63,874 nucleotides of DNA, filler included, from 5 parts of 5 records of this genome joined end to end with filler, not necessarily neighbours in it; one strand, 5' to 3'; shown: positions 52,220-61,117, counted from the whole stretch's first letter. The notes: generated from the sequence alone by a model not told the origin. A program made the numbers and translations.

Positions 52220-53004
52220 AAAAGCCTTTCAGGTTCTTCCTGGGGGAGGTATTTGGGATCTTTGGAATATTCGACCAGTTTTTCGTAGATTGCGGAGCCG
52301 ATGTTAATGCCCTGTGCGATCATTTCCGGGCCGTATTCCTTTCCGGTTTCAGTGCGGAATGTGGATTCAATGGATTTGATGATCTCTAATCCCTTGGGGA
52401 ATTTTTCAATGATTTCTTCTACTGTCCAGTCTTCGTAGTCGCAGATTTCCCAGAGAGTGGTGGAGAAGTTGTCCGGTCCCCAGCGGAATTTGTCAGCATC
52501 GTAGAGGGCGCCGCTCAAAAGAGCCAGCTCCGGATCATTTTCAATTGGCTTTTCCGGTTTGAAGGCTTCGTGGCGAGCAATGGATTCGGCAATGAGTTCC
52601 TTGCTGCGCTCGGAAAGGGGATAATTGTTGAGGATCACCTTTGAGGTTTCAGAACCGCGGATGGCGTGGTTTTCATCAAGGCGGCAGCAGTCGTGGAGCA
52701 GGCCCCCGAATTGGGCCAGCAGAACCAGCTCACGAACGCGGTCTCCGTCCATATCATCTCCTTCTTTAAGGATGATAGCCCCGGCTTCGATGGCTACCTT
52801 TTTGGAATGGTAGATGCCGTGGGCATATTCATCATAAAGAAAGGGTAGAACATCTTCCTGCAGCCTGATGATCAGCGGGTGATCGAAAAACATATCTCTT
52901 GCAAATTCTATCTGGGTTTCCAGATCACGGTAAAAAATCGGTACAGGCAGGGCCGAGGCCATTGCCTTTGCTTCTTTTTTTAAGTCGGTAAGCAGCTTAT
53001 TCAT
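52216..53004 (-). CDS. HD-domain phosphohydrolase
   Basis: HGIYHS...LLHDCCR...HA...H...YDADK. Confidence 0.8.
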   Translation of the reverse strand: MNKLLTDLKKEAKAMASALPVPIFYRDLETQIEFARDMFFDHPLIIRLQEDVLPFLYDEYAHGIYHSKKVAIEAGAIILKEGDDMDGDRVRELVLLAQFGGLLHDCCRLDENHAIRGSETSKVILNNYPLSERSKELIAESIARHEAFKPEKPIENDPELALLSGALYDADKFRWGPDNFSTTLWEICDYEDWTVEEIIEKFPKGLEIIKSIESTFRTETGKEYGPEMIAQGINIGSAIYEKLVEYSKDPKYLPQEEPERLL

Positions 53005-53965
53005 TTTCAGGTATCCAGTCCTGTGAAAAGTCTTTAACTGATTCAGCCAGATGTTCCCTCAATTTTTTCAGCAGTCTTGCTTCAATCTGGCGAACTCTTT
53101 CCCTCGTTACCCCGAACTCTTCACCGATTTCCCGCAGTGTCCTGGGGGAGTCGGAGAGAAGGCGGTCGTTCAGGATTACTTGTTCCTTTTCATTGAGATT
53201 TGGAACAATTGCCCTGAGCTGGTCAAGCAGTAATGTGGAAATCTCCTTGTTGGCAAGGGTTTCTTCAACCCCGGGGCCAAGATCAGGCAGAAAATCCATG
53301 CGTGTGGCTTCGGAATCCTCGCCGAATTTGAGGTTCAGGGAGAGGTCGTTCTTGGCCAGGCGCTGATCCATTTCAGTGATTTCCTCTTCGCTGACATTAA
53401 GTTTTTTTGAAAGGTCGGAGGTGGTAGGATCAAATCCAAGGGTCTGTAATCTCTGGCGTTCCTTGTTTAGATTATAAAAAAGTTTGCGTTGGGTCTGGGT
53501 GGTGCCGATTTTAACCATGCGCCAGTTGTCCATGATGTATTTCAGAATGTAGGCCTTGATCCAGAAGGCGGCATAGTAGGAAAATTTAATACCCTTGTCG
53601 GGATCAAATTTGTTAACGGCTTTCATCAGGCCCACGTTGCCTTCTTGAATAAGGTCGAGCACATTTTGCATCCAGCGGCGCTGGAAGTCCATGGCGATTT
53701 TGACCACCAGTCTGAGGTGTGAGGATACCAGCCTGAAGGCCGCCTCTTGGTCTCCATTTTCCTGCACCTGCTTGGCAAGCTGGAATTCTTCATCCGGCTC
53801 CAGCAGGGGAAAGCGGCTGATTTCCTGTAGATACAAGTGAAGAGGATCCTTGGTAGCGACTTCGCCTTTGGCTCTCGGCGTAGGCAGAAAATCGTCCTTG
53901 GGCGGAATCTTTACCTCTTCATTTTCAACAGGTTCAAGCTCTAAGGGTTCTTCTTTTGCTGACAT
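52997..53965 (-). CDS. rpoH: RNA polymerase sigma factor, RpoH/sigma-32 family
   Basis: DLIQEGNVGLMKAV, VKIGTTQTQRKLFYNL (RpoH box), TLREIGEEFGVTRERVRQIE. Confidence 0.9.
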   Translation of the reverse strand: MSAKEEPLELEPVENEEVKIPPKDDFLPTPRAKGEVATKDPLHLYLQEISRFPLLEPDEEFQLAKQVQENGDQEAAFRLVSSHLRLVVKIAMDFQRRWMQNVLDLIQEGNVGLMKAVNKFDPDKGIKFSYYAAFWIKAYILKYIMDNWRMVKIGTTQTQRKLFYNLNKERQRLQTLGFDPTTSDLSKKLNVSEEEITEMDQRLAKNDLSLNLKFGEDSEATRMDFLPDLGPGVEETLANKEISTLLLDQLRAIVPNLNEKEQVILNDRLLSDSPRTLREIGEEFGVTRERVRQIEARLLKKLREHLAESVKDFSQDWIPENE

Positions 53966-54287
53966 TGCCCGGTTTATCTTTCCCTGTTCGAGTGAAATTA
54001 TTTGAATATTTTATTGTAAACAAAAGTTCTAATCTGTAACTTGTAAGGGTATAGTTTTTATTTGTCCTTTTCAATGTTTTTAAGTAGAAGCGTTTTCAAC
54101 GCATTATACCCTTCTTTAGAAGTTTTCAAAAAATAAAATCATGGGCCGAACGGCGTGGTCGTTAGTGCCTATTGTATCCGAATATGTTGTCCGGTGCTAT
54201 CCTGCAGGATAATATTTCATTAAAAAGTAAAAATTATGATCAGCTTTTTGGTTGAGATTAAAAAATAATTAAAAGTGGAGTGTAGAC

Positions 54288-56708
54288 ATGCCTGATTTTC
54301 GCAAAGCCCTCAGTGATGACAAAATATATTTCTTTGATGGTGGTTACGGAACCTTTTTGCAGAGCCGTGGACTACCCGCTGGCATGTCTCCCGAGCTTTT
54401 CGGACTCCAGAGTCCCGATGTTATCAAGTCCGTGCACAAGGATTACGTTGATGCCGGAGCAAATGTCCTGACTTCAAACACCTTTGGTGGCAGCAGACCC
54501 AAGCTTGGGGCTGATGTGGATGTTGTCGGTTTGAACCGGGAAATGGCTCTCCTTGCCCGCTCTGTTGCCGGGGATAATGTCTTTGTTGCCGGTAGTGTCG
54601 GCCCCACCGGACATTTTGTGCAGCCGCTGGGCGAGATGACTTTCAAAGAGATGGTCGAGATTTACAAAGAACAGATCACCGGCCTTGTTGAGGGTGGAGT
54701 TGACCTGATCCTCGGGGAAACCCATTTCGACCTTGCGGAAGCACGGGCCGTGGTTATTGCCGCTCGTGAAGTCTGCGATCTGCCTGTAGCCCTATCCATG
54801 ACTTTTGAATCTCCGGCAGCCTGCCTGACCGGAACATCCCCGGCCACTTTTATCGATACCATGCAGAACATGGGTGTTGAACTTATGGGCACCAACTGTT
54901 CTGCTGGACCGGAGCAGATTCTGGAAGTGCTGCAAAATATGCAACCCCGTCTCTCCTCTCCCTTATTGGTAGAGGCCAATGCTGGGCTGCCTGAACTGGA
55001 CGAGAACCGCAATACTGTTTTTCGTCTCCAGCCCGAGCCTTTTGCCGAGCAGTCCGCCAAGTTTGTGGATGTAGGAGCTAAGTTTATCGGTGGTTGCTGC
55101 GGAACCGGACCGGACCATATCCGTGCCCTGCGCAATGCAGTAGACGGTGCCAAGTGGAAACGGGCTGTGCCGCAGGAAGATTGCCAGATGGTGCTGACCT
55201 CCCGGGCCCAGTCCGTAAAGATTGGCTTTGAACAGCGCGGTGTGATTATTGGTGAACGCATCAACCCCACAGGCAAGAAGCAGCTCATCGCGGAACTCCA
55301 GAAAGGACAGTTCTCCGAGGCCATGAAATTTGCCGAAGAGCAGATTGCTGTGGGTGCTCCGGTTCTGGATGTAAACGTTGGCGCACCCATGGTTGATGAA
55401 GTTGAAATTCTGCCTGCTCTGGTTAAGGAAATTTTCGCCCAGCATTCCGCACCACTCTCCATTGACTCCACCAATCCGGATGCGGTTGAAGCGGCTCTTT
55501 GGGAATACCCCGGCTCTGCGCTGGTCAACTCCATCAGCGGTGAACCCGGACGCATGGAGCGTCTCGGTCCCCTGTGTAAGAAGTTCGGTGCTCCGTTTAT
55601 CCTGCTGCCTATTGTTGGAAGCAAGCTGCCTATCACCTGCGCTGAGAAAGTTGAGGTTGTTTCCGAACTTCTCAAGCAGGCTGATGATCTGGGTATCCCG
55701 CGCAGATTGATTATGGTTGATGCTCTTGCTTTGACCGTATCCTCCAAGCCTATGGCTGCCCGTCATTGTCTCGATTTCATCAAGTACTGCCGCGAGGAAT
55801 GGAATCTGCCCACCGTGCTTGGGCTGTCCAATATTTCTTTTGGTCTCCCGGCCCGTGAGTTGCTCAACTCCAGCTTCCTGACTCTTTGTCAGGGTCAGGG
55901 CATGGCTGCGTTTATTTCCAACCCCAACTCCGTAAGACTTCGCGAAGCCCTCTATGCCAACGAAGTTATGCTTTGCCGCGATCCGCAGGCTGAGCAGTAC
56001 ATTGAGCGTTATGCCGATTGGACTCCCTCCGGTGACGGAGGCCAGTCCGGTGCTGCGGGTGGGGGCAAGAAAAAGGAAAAAACCGGAGCGGAAAATCTTT
56101 TCGATGCCGTAGTCAAAGGGGACCGAGGTTCCATCGTAGCCCTTGTGGAGCGTGATCTTGAGGGGGGACGTGAGCCTTTTGAAATGGTCAATGAAGATCT
56201 CATTCCGGCAATCATGGAAGTTGGCGAGAGGTACGAGCGTAAAGAATATTTCCTGCCCCAGCTCCTTCAGTCCGCTGAAACCTTGCAGAAAGGCTTTGAA
56301 AAGCTCAAGCCCTTGCTCGAGGCTTCCGGAGATGTTGAGGAAAAGGCAACTATCATCATGGCTACTGTTGAAGGTGATATCCACGATATCGGCAAAAACA
56401 TTGTCTGCCTGATGCTTAAAAACCACGGTTACAATGTGGTCGACCTCGGTAAGGACGTACCCGCAGAAACCATCGTCAATGCTGCTGAAGAGTATGGTGC
56501 CAAGATCGTCGGTCTTTCCGCGTTGATGACTACCACCATGGTCAGAATGGAAGACACCATCAATATGATCAAAGAGCGCAACCTCGATATTAAAGTTATG
56601 ATCGGTGGCGCGGTAATTACCGGAGGATTTTGTGAATCCATCGGAGCGGACGGCTGGTCCACCGATGCCGTGGCTGCAGTAAAGGTTGCCAAGAACCTGC
56701 TGCAGTAA
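54288..56708 (+). CDS. metH: Cobalamin-dependent methionine synthase lacking the C-terminal AdoMet reactivation domain
   Basis: Hcy-binding domain (GTNCS, GGCCGT), pterin domain (IGERINPTG), B12 domain (GDIHDIGKN, SALMTT); ends after the B12 domain. Confidence 0.92.
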   Translation: MPDFRKALSDDKIYFFDGGYGTFLQSRGLPAGMSPELFGLQSPDVIKSVHKDYVDAGANVLTSNTFGGSRPKLGADVDVVGLNREMALLARSVAGDNVFVAGSVGPTGHFVQPLGEMTFKEMVEIYKEQITGLVEGGVDLILGETHFDLAEARAVVIAAREVCDLPVALSMTFESPAACLTGTSPATFIDTMQNMGVELMGTNCSAGPEQILEVLQNMQPRLSSPLLVEANAGLPELDENRNTVFRLQPEPFAEQSAKFVDVGAKFIGGCCGTGPDHIRALRNAVDGAKWKRAVPQEDCQMVLTSRAQSVKIGFEQRGVIIGERINPTGKKQLIAELQKGQFSEAMKFAEEQIAVGAPVLDVNVGAPMVDEVEILPALVKEIFAQHSAPLSIDSTNPDAVEAALWEYPGSALVNSISGEPGRMERLGPLCKKFGAPFILLPIVGSKLPITCAEKVEVVSELLKQADDLGIPRRLIMVDALALTVSSKPMAARHCLDFIKYCREEWNLPTVLGLSNISFGLPARELLNSSFLTLCQGQGMAAFISNPNSVRLREALYANEVMLCRDPQAEQYIERYADWTPSGDGGQSGAAGGGKKKEKTGAENLFDAVVKGDRGSIVALVERDLEGGREPFEMVNEDLIPAIMEVGERYERKEYFLPQLLQSAETLQKGFEKLKPLLEASGDVEEKATIIMATVEGDIHDIGKNIVCLMLKNHGYNVVDLGKDVPAETIVNAAEEYGAKIVGLSALMTTTMVRMEDTINMIKERNLDIKVMIGGAVITGGFCESIGADGWSTDAVAAVKVAKNLLQ

Positions 56709-56798
56709 GGCAGGGTGCGGATTTTTGAATTATTTTATGGAATCTGCTAGTGGAGTGTTTATAACTTCCTGAACTTTAGGTTCAGTTTGAGGAAACAT

Positions 56799-57284
56799 AT
56801 GAAGATATTTAATAAAATAAGCATATTGGTTGCCTTGCTGCTGGTGCTTGTTGCCGGATGTAACAAGGCTGAGACCGCTGAGGGTGTTGATACCATAAAT
56901 GCTCAGGGGATTCAGGATATTATTGCCAAGAATAAGGGCAAGGTTGTGCTGGTTAATTTCTGGGCTACCTGGTGTCCTCCTTGTCGTGCGGAGCTTCCTG
57001 AACTTATTGAGTTGCGTAAGAAATTCTCTGATGATGATCTGGTAATGATCAGCGTTTCTGTGGATCAGGACAGTGATGAAGTGGATGAATTTATGCTTAA
57101 GGGCGAAAAGTTCAACTATCCGGTTTATTTTGCTGCTGAGGATGTGGGCACTGCTTTCAGAATTCAGTCCATCCCAAGAACTATGCTTTACGATCCTGCG
57201 GGGCAGCGGGTTTTTGATAAGGAAGGAAGTTACCCCGGATCCATGTTTGAAAGATATATCAATAAGATGTTAAAGGATCGGTAG
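56799..57284 (+). CDS. TlpA-like thiol-disulfide oxidoreductase lipoprotein
   Basis: Lipobox VAGC, NFWATWCPPCRAE, SIP. Confidence 0.9.
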   Translation: MKIFNKISILVALLLVLVAGCNKAETAEGVDTINAQGIQDIIAKNKGKVVLVNFWATWCPPCRAELPELIELRKKFSDDDLVMISVSVDQDSDEVDEFMLKGEKFNYPVYFAAEDVGTAFRIQSIPRTMLYDPAGQRVFDKEGSYPGSMFERYINKMLKDR

Positions 57285-57290
57285 ACGCTG

Positions 57291-57752
57291 ATGATAAAGA
57301 TCAGAAAGGCGCAGATGGAAGATGCTAAGCATATCCACGCCATTATTAAGGACCGGACAAGAGACGCCATGGTGTTGCCCCGGCCTTTGAACTCAATTTA
57401 CGGTCATCTGCGTGATTTTTTTGTAGCCGAGGCTGAAGACGGCGGAATTCTCGGCTGTTGTGCACTTGCCATAAGCTGGGATTGTCTGGCAGAAGTGCGG
57501 TCTTTGGTTGTTGTGCCTGAAGCTCGGGGGTCTAATTTGGGTGCCCGGATGGTGGAAGCCTGTATTCAGGAAGCGCGCGAACTAGGCGTTTGCGACGTAT
57601 TTGTATTGACTAATATTGAGAAGTTCTTTGCAAAGCTGGGCTTTGTGGAGACAGATAAACATGTGCTGCCCCAGAAAATCTGGGCTGATTGCATCAACTG
57701 TCCCCAGTTCCCGGATTGTGATGAAATTCCAATGATCATGAAACTGAAATAG
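57291..57752 (+). CDS. GNAT N-acetyltransferase (short ArgA-like N-acetylglutamate synthase)
   Basis: LAEVRSL.V...RG..LG, LPQKIWADC..CP.FPDCDE. Confidence 0.8.
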   Translation: MIKIRKAQMEDAKHIHAIIKDRTRDAMVLPRPLNSIYGHLRDFFVAEAEDGGILGCCALAISWDCLAEVRSLVVVPEARGSNLGARMVEACIQEARELGVCDVFVLTNIEKFFAKLGFVETDKHVLPQKIWADCINCPQFPDCDEIPMIMKLK

Positions 57753-57767
57753 ATAAGGAAAACTGTC

Positions 57768-58292
57768 ATGGGCCATAGCCTTAAAGAAGTTTATTCCAAA
57801 GAAATAATTGCTGAAAGAATCAAAGTTCTGGGTAAGGAAATTTCCGAAACTTACGGTCAGGAACCGCTGGTTTGCGTTTGCGTGCTTAAAGGGGCTTACC
57901 TCTTTTTCGCCGATATCACCCGCGCTCTGTCTTCCGACCCTGAAATCGATTTCGTGCGTCTTTCTAGTTACGGAACCGGTACCAGCCGAACCGGAAACAT
58001 GAATTTTTCCAAGGATCTCGAAGTATCCATTGCCGACAAGCATGTACTTATCATCGAAGATATCGTTGATACCGGACACTCTGTTGAGTTTCTTAAGCAT
58101 GTGTTTGAAAAACGTAACCCGCTGAGCGTAAAAACCTGCGCCCTGATCGATAAAAGAGAGCGTCGCGAGATTGATCTGGAAGTTGAATTCCCCGGTTTTG
58201 TTCTCGACCACGGCTTTCTTGTGGGATACGGAATGGACTATGCTGAAAAATACAGGTATTTAAGTGCAGTGTATGAACTTGAGAATGCTTAG
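57768..58292 (+). CDS. hpt: Hypoxanthine phosphoribosyltransferase
   Basis: VLKGA, SSYG, VLIIEDIVDTG, FLVGYGMDY. Confidence 0.96.
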   Translation: MGHSLKEVYSKEIIAERIKVLGKEISETYGQEPLVCVCVLKGAYLFFADITRALSSDPEIDFVRLSSYGTGTSRTGNMNFSKDLEVSIADKHVLIIEDIVDTGHSVEFLKHVFEKRNPLSVKTCALIDKRERREIDLEVEFPGFVLDHGFLVGYGMDYAEKYRYLSAVYELENA

Positions 58293-58367
58293 TTTTTTGG
58301 CTATCTGTTCTTAAAGTTGTAATAAATAGAGTCGGTTAAACCTATTCAATGGCAGGTATAGTGGTCC

Positions 58368-58604
58368 ATGATTATTACGTGTTCAAATTGCGAGACCAAA
58401 TTCAATTTACCGGAAAGTAAGATTCCGGCAGGCGGAGCCAAGGTTAAATGCTCCAAATGCGGAAATATTTTTAAGGTAACTCCTCCCGCCTCTGAGCCGG
58501 AAGATGAAGTTGAGTCCATGCTTGAAGAGGAGCAGTCTAAACCTGCACCGGAACCGAAACCGGAACCCAAGCCTGAACCAGAACCAGAACCGGAGCCAGA
58601 ACCG
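58368..58604 (+). CDS. MJ0042-type zinc-ribbon protein (DUF3426-like), 3' truncated, with Pro-Glu linker repeat
   Basis: MIITCSNCETKF...KVKCSKCGNIF; (PE/PK)n tract at about 58542-58604. Confidence 0.8.
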
Positions 58605-58704
58605 NNNNNNNNNNNNNNNNNNNNNNNNNNNNNNNNNNNNNNNNNNNNTTAATTAATTAANNNNNNNNNNNNNNNNNNNNNNNNNNNNNNNNNNNNNNNN
58701 NNNN
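58605..58704. other. Artificial contig spacer
   Basis: N-run + TTAATTAATTAA + N-run. Confidence 0.97.
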
Positions 58705-59342
58705 CAGGCATTCATATCCGCTAGCCACTGTTTCTGCAGGAAATAGGCGTCCCCATCGTTCTCCAGAGCTGCCGTGTCGTCAGGCAGCAGGGCGAAGAAG
58801 TCGTCCGTGTCCAGGTTGGTACTGACGCGCTCACGACGCACGTAGATATCCCAGGACGGCACGGTGGCTTCGTCTACGCTTTCCAGGTTCCACGCTCCTT
58901 GCGGGCCATGAGCGGAATGCCAGCCGTCCAGATGTTGGAGGCCATTCGGGTCGCTGTAGCCACCGGCCTTGCTGTACGTGAAGCTGCATGTGTACAGGAC
59001 CTTATTCGGATCGTCTGGCTTGGCGATATGCTCTTCTGCTTCCATCACTGGCGTCAGGACCAGAAACGCACGGCCGTTGGTTTGCTCCCAGTTGGGCCAG
59101 CCCGGCGTGGTGCCCGCGTTCGTTGGAGGCATGGAGAAAAACCAGAGCTGATTGTCATCTGTCGGGTCCGGGTCGATGGCCCGCTCGGCCGGCTGGTCCC
59201 AGTCGGCTGGACGCCACGTGGGATTGGTGCCAATATGCGTGTGTGCGACCGAGTGGGCCGCCCGGGCGGCAGTCGCCCATAGGGGCAGAACGGCCGCACA
59301 GAACGCCAATCCGAAGATTGGCAAGATGCGTCTTGCTTTCAT
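58705..59342 (-). CDS. Secreted hypothetical protein with His-rich mature N-terminus, 3' truncated
   Basis: SD GAGGGA 8 nt upstream; signal peptide ending ARA; mature start (A)HSVAHTHIG; internal HLDGWHSAHG. Confidence 0.75.
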
Positions 59343-59350
59343 CGAGATTA

Positions 59351-59387
59351 TCCCTCTAACTTCGCGTCAGGGGAAATCCCCTTACGC
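59351..59387 (-). promoter_or_regulatory. Mutually exclusive RNA hairpins overlapping the SD of the 59342 gene
   Basis: Hairpin A GCGU-A-AGGGG-AUUU-CCCCU-G-ACGC (59364-59387); hairpin B UCCCCUGAC-GCGAA-GUUAGAGGGA (59351-59374) covers the SD. Confidence 0.55.
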
Positions 59388-59499
59388 TCGAATGGTCGAT
59401 GTTGGGCATACGGGGCCGGCTTTGCTGTATCGGCGCCAAGCGCGCGCAATGCAACTCAGATCGGCACTTGTTGCCTACGTCGTTGTGTCCAGGGGGGTG

Positions 59500-59796
59500 T
59501 TATGCGGGCGGTGCGCGCGGGTGAAACCGACTGGGCGAAGTCTGGCAAGAGAGGATGCTCGGGCGGGCCGAAACAAGGTGCCCGACCGAATCGATCTCGA
59601 TATCCGCCGGCTCCAGGTCGACCGCGTAGTCTTTCTTGGAGATAGCGAGTTGCTGGCACAGGGAACAATGGGCTCCGTCATGCTCGTCATGCTCGTCGAC
59701 GTGGGCCAGATGCAGATGCAGCGTGACTCCGGAGGTCATCGCCAGGAAGCAGATGGTCCCCAGGGTCAGAAATGCCGTTTGCATACGCCGATTCAT
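59500..59796 (-). CDS. DUF2946-like (CruR/CutF-type) small protein, putative ribosome-arrest leader
   Basis: N-terminal hydrophobic helix, HLHLAHVDEHDEHDGAH, CSLC, C-terminal PRAPPA*. Confidence 0.8.
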   Translation of the reverse strand: MNRRMQTAFLTLGTICFLAMTSGVTLHLHLAHVDEHDEHDGAHCSLCQQLAISKKDYAVDLEPADIEIDSVGHLVSARPSILSCQTSPSRFHPRAPPA

Positions 59797-60239
59797 GCCG
59801 TTTGCCTTTCTTCCGTCTCATGACACGCCGGACAGATGCCTTCAAGCCGGACCTGCTGCCGACTGATAGTGAATCCCTTGTAAGGGCTTTCGGCCATGGG
59901 CATCGAAATGCCTGTCAGACAGTGCGTTTGCCCGCAGTTCAGACACGTGAAATGCGGGTGACATTGGGTTTCGCTGCAGTGGTGGGCTAGTTCGAAATGC
60001 CAGGCCCGCTCGTGCATGAAGGCGCGATGGACCAGGCCCACCTCCACCAGGGATTCAAGCGTTCGATAAATCGTGACCTTGTTCAGATTCCTGCCGGCCA
60101 ATTCTTCGGCGATCTGGTTCTGACGCAGCGGATGGGATGTCTCCATGAGCACCTTCAAGATCGCAATGCGCGCTTCGGTGCAGTACAGATCCGTCTGCTT
60201 GAGCATCCGCCTGACCTTGTCGTCAAGTTCCGCGTTCAT
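59793..60239 (-). CDS. Fur-family metalloregulator (Zur/Fur-like)
   Basis: T.ARIAIL, VTIYRTL..L...GLV, HPHFTCLNCG, GICPAC; start 60239 in ATGA overlap with upstream stop. Confidence 0.9.
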   Translation of the reverse strand: MNAELDDKVRRMLKQTDLYCTEARIAILKVLMETSHPLRQNQIAEELAGRNLNKVTIYRTLESLVEVGLVHRAFMHERAWHFELAHHCSETQCHPHFTCLNCGQTHCLTGISMPMAESPYKGFTISRQQVRLEGICPACHETEERQTA

Positions 60240-61024
60240 GACGAGACCTCTGGCTTGCACGGGTGGTGTGTACACAGCGGTGCGGATTTGACGAAAAGGA
60301 GCGGGAAAACGATATCACTAATGCAACAAGGCAGCCAGACCGCGATGAACAGGACTACGAAGACACCGACGAACATCGTTGGTGTCAACTCTCGATGTGT
60401 GTTCATCAGAACATGGAACGAGGAGGCCCATGTGCTGATCAAGACGTGGCCGGCGTGGGGGAATTTGGTCCGCGGCCAGAACCAGGCGATGATGATGCCC
60501 AGGATTGCCGCTGGGTTGACTACGTACCAGTCCTCGATGAACCCCAGGTGCAATCGTTCCCGAATATTCGCCGCTGGCGCGCCTGATTCAGTCTCGGTGG
60601 CATGCGCCTGCCCCTCATGGTCGTGCCCGTCGGGTTCCAGGGAATGGTCGTGAGCGTCCATTTCGGCTTCGGCGTCGTGATCGTGCATTGCCCCGTGGAT
60701 GGGCACGGCGACGTCGAGAATGGTTTCGCCGAAGAAGGGCAGTACGCAGTCGCTCACCGTGGCGACCCCGATGGCTCCCAGATGCCCGATCACCACGATC
60801 TTGAGCAGGCTGGCATGCTTGTCGTACAGTTTGAACAGCGAGGCCGTGACGATGGCCGAGAGAACCACGTGCGCCGGGTGAAACACCTGAAACAGCCGGT
60901 GGTTGACCTCAGGTCCGGCGTTCCTGAACAGGAGCATACAGACAATTCCGGTGGCAGCCCCGACGAGCGTAAATGGAGCATGGTGCTTGAGTTCCGCAAG
61001 GATGGCGCCGAACCTGTGTTGCAT
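60236..61024 (-). CDS. His-rich polytopic membrane protein, putative metal permease
   Basis: About 6 TM helices; HHAPFT, FHPAHV..S, HAGHV..S..AS, PCCISD; central HDHDAE..HDH..DGHDHE loop. Confidence 0.7.
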   Translation of the reverse strand: MQHRFGAILAELKHHAPFTLVGAATGIVCMLLFRNAGPEVNHRLFQVFHPAHVVLSAIVTASLFKLYDKHASLLKIVVIGHLGAIGVATVSDCVLPFFGETILDVAVPIHGAMHDHDAEAEMDAHDHSLEPDGHDHEGQAHATETESGAPAANIRERLHLGFIEDWYVVNPAAILGIIIAWFWPRTKFPHAGHVLISTWASSFHVLMNTHRELTPTMFVGVFVVLFIAVWLPCCISDIVFPLLFVKSAPLCTHHPCKPEVSS

Positions 61025-61100
61025 TTTCTTGTACTCCCTGAAAAGCGAGTCTATGGCCGTTACATCAACTACGACCCATTATAGGAGCGGGGTGGGGAAA

Positions 61101-61117
61101 ATGCAACTAAGTTGCAT
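61101..61117. promoter_or_regulatory. Perfect palindromic operator, candidate Fur-family box
   Basis: ATGCAACT-A-AGTTGCAT in the AT-rich divergent intergenic region, 77 nt upstream of the permease-Fur operon. Confidence 0.7.

Noticed and set aside
54239-54256. ATCAG-N8-TTGAG upstream of metH as a possible methionine-regulator site
   Set aside because: Only a weak, imperfect palindrome in AT-rich DNA; cannot be supported without a PWM scan
54662-56426. Long antisense ORFs (361 and 487 aa) opposite metH, and similar ones opposite the kinase, zwf and the 43355 PEP-CTERM gene
   Set aside because: Shadow ORFs caused by codon bias of well-supported genes on the other strand; no recognisable motifs
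58542-58604. Tandem 6-nt-period repeat (CCGGAA/CCAGAA)
   Set aside because: Encodes an ordinary Pro-Glu linker and probably caused the contig break; not a CRISPR or regulatory repeat
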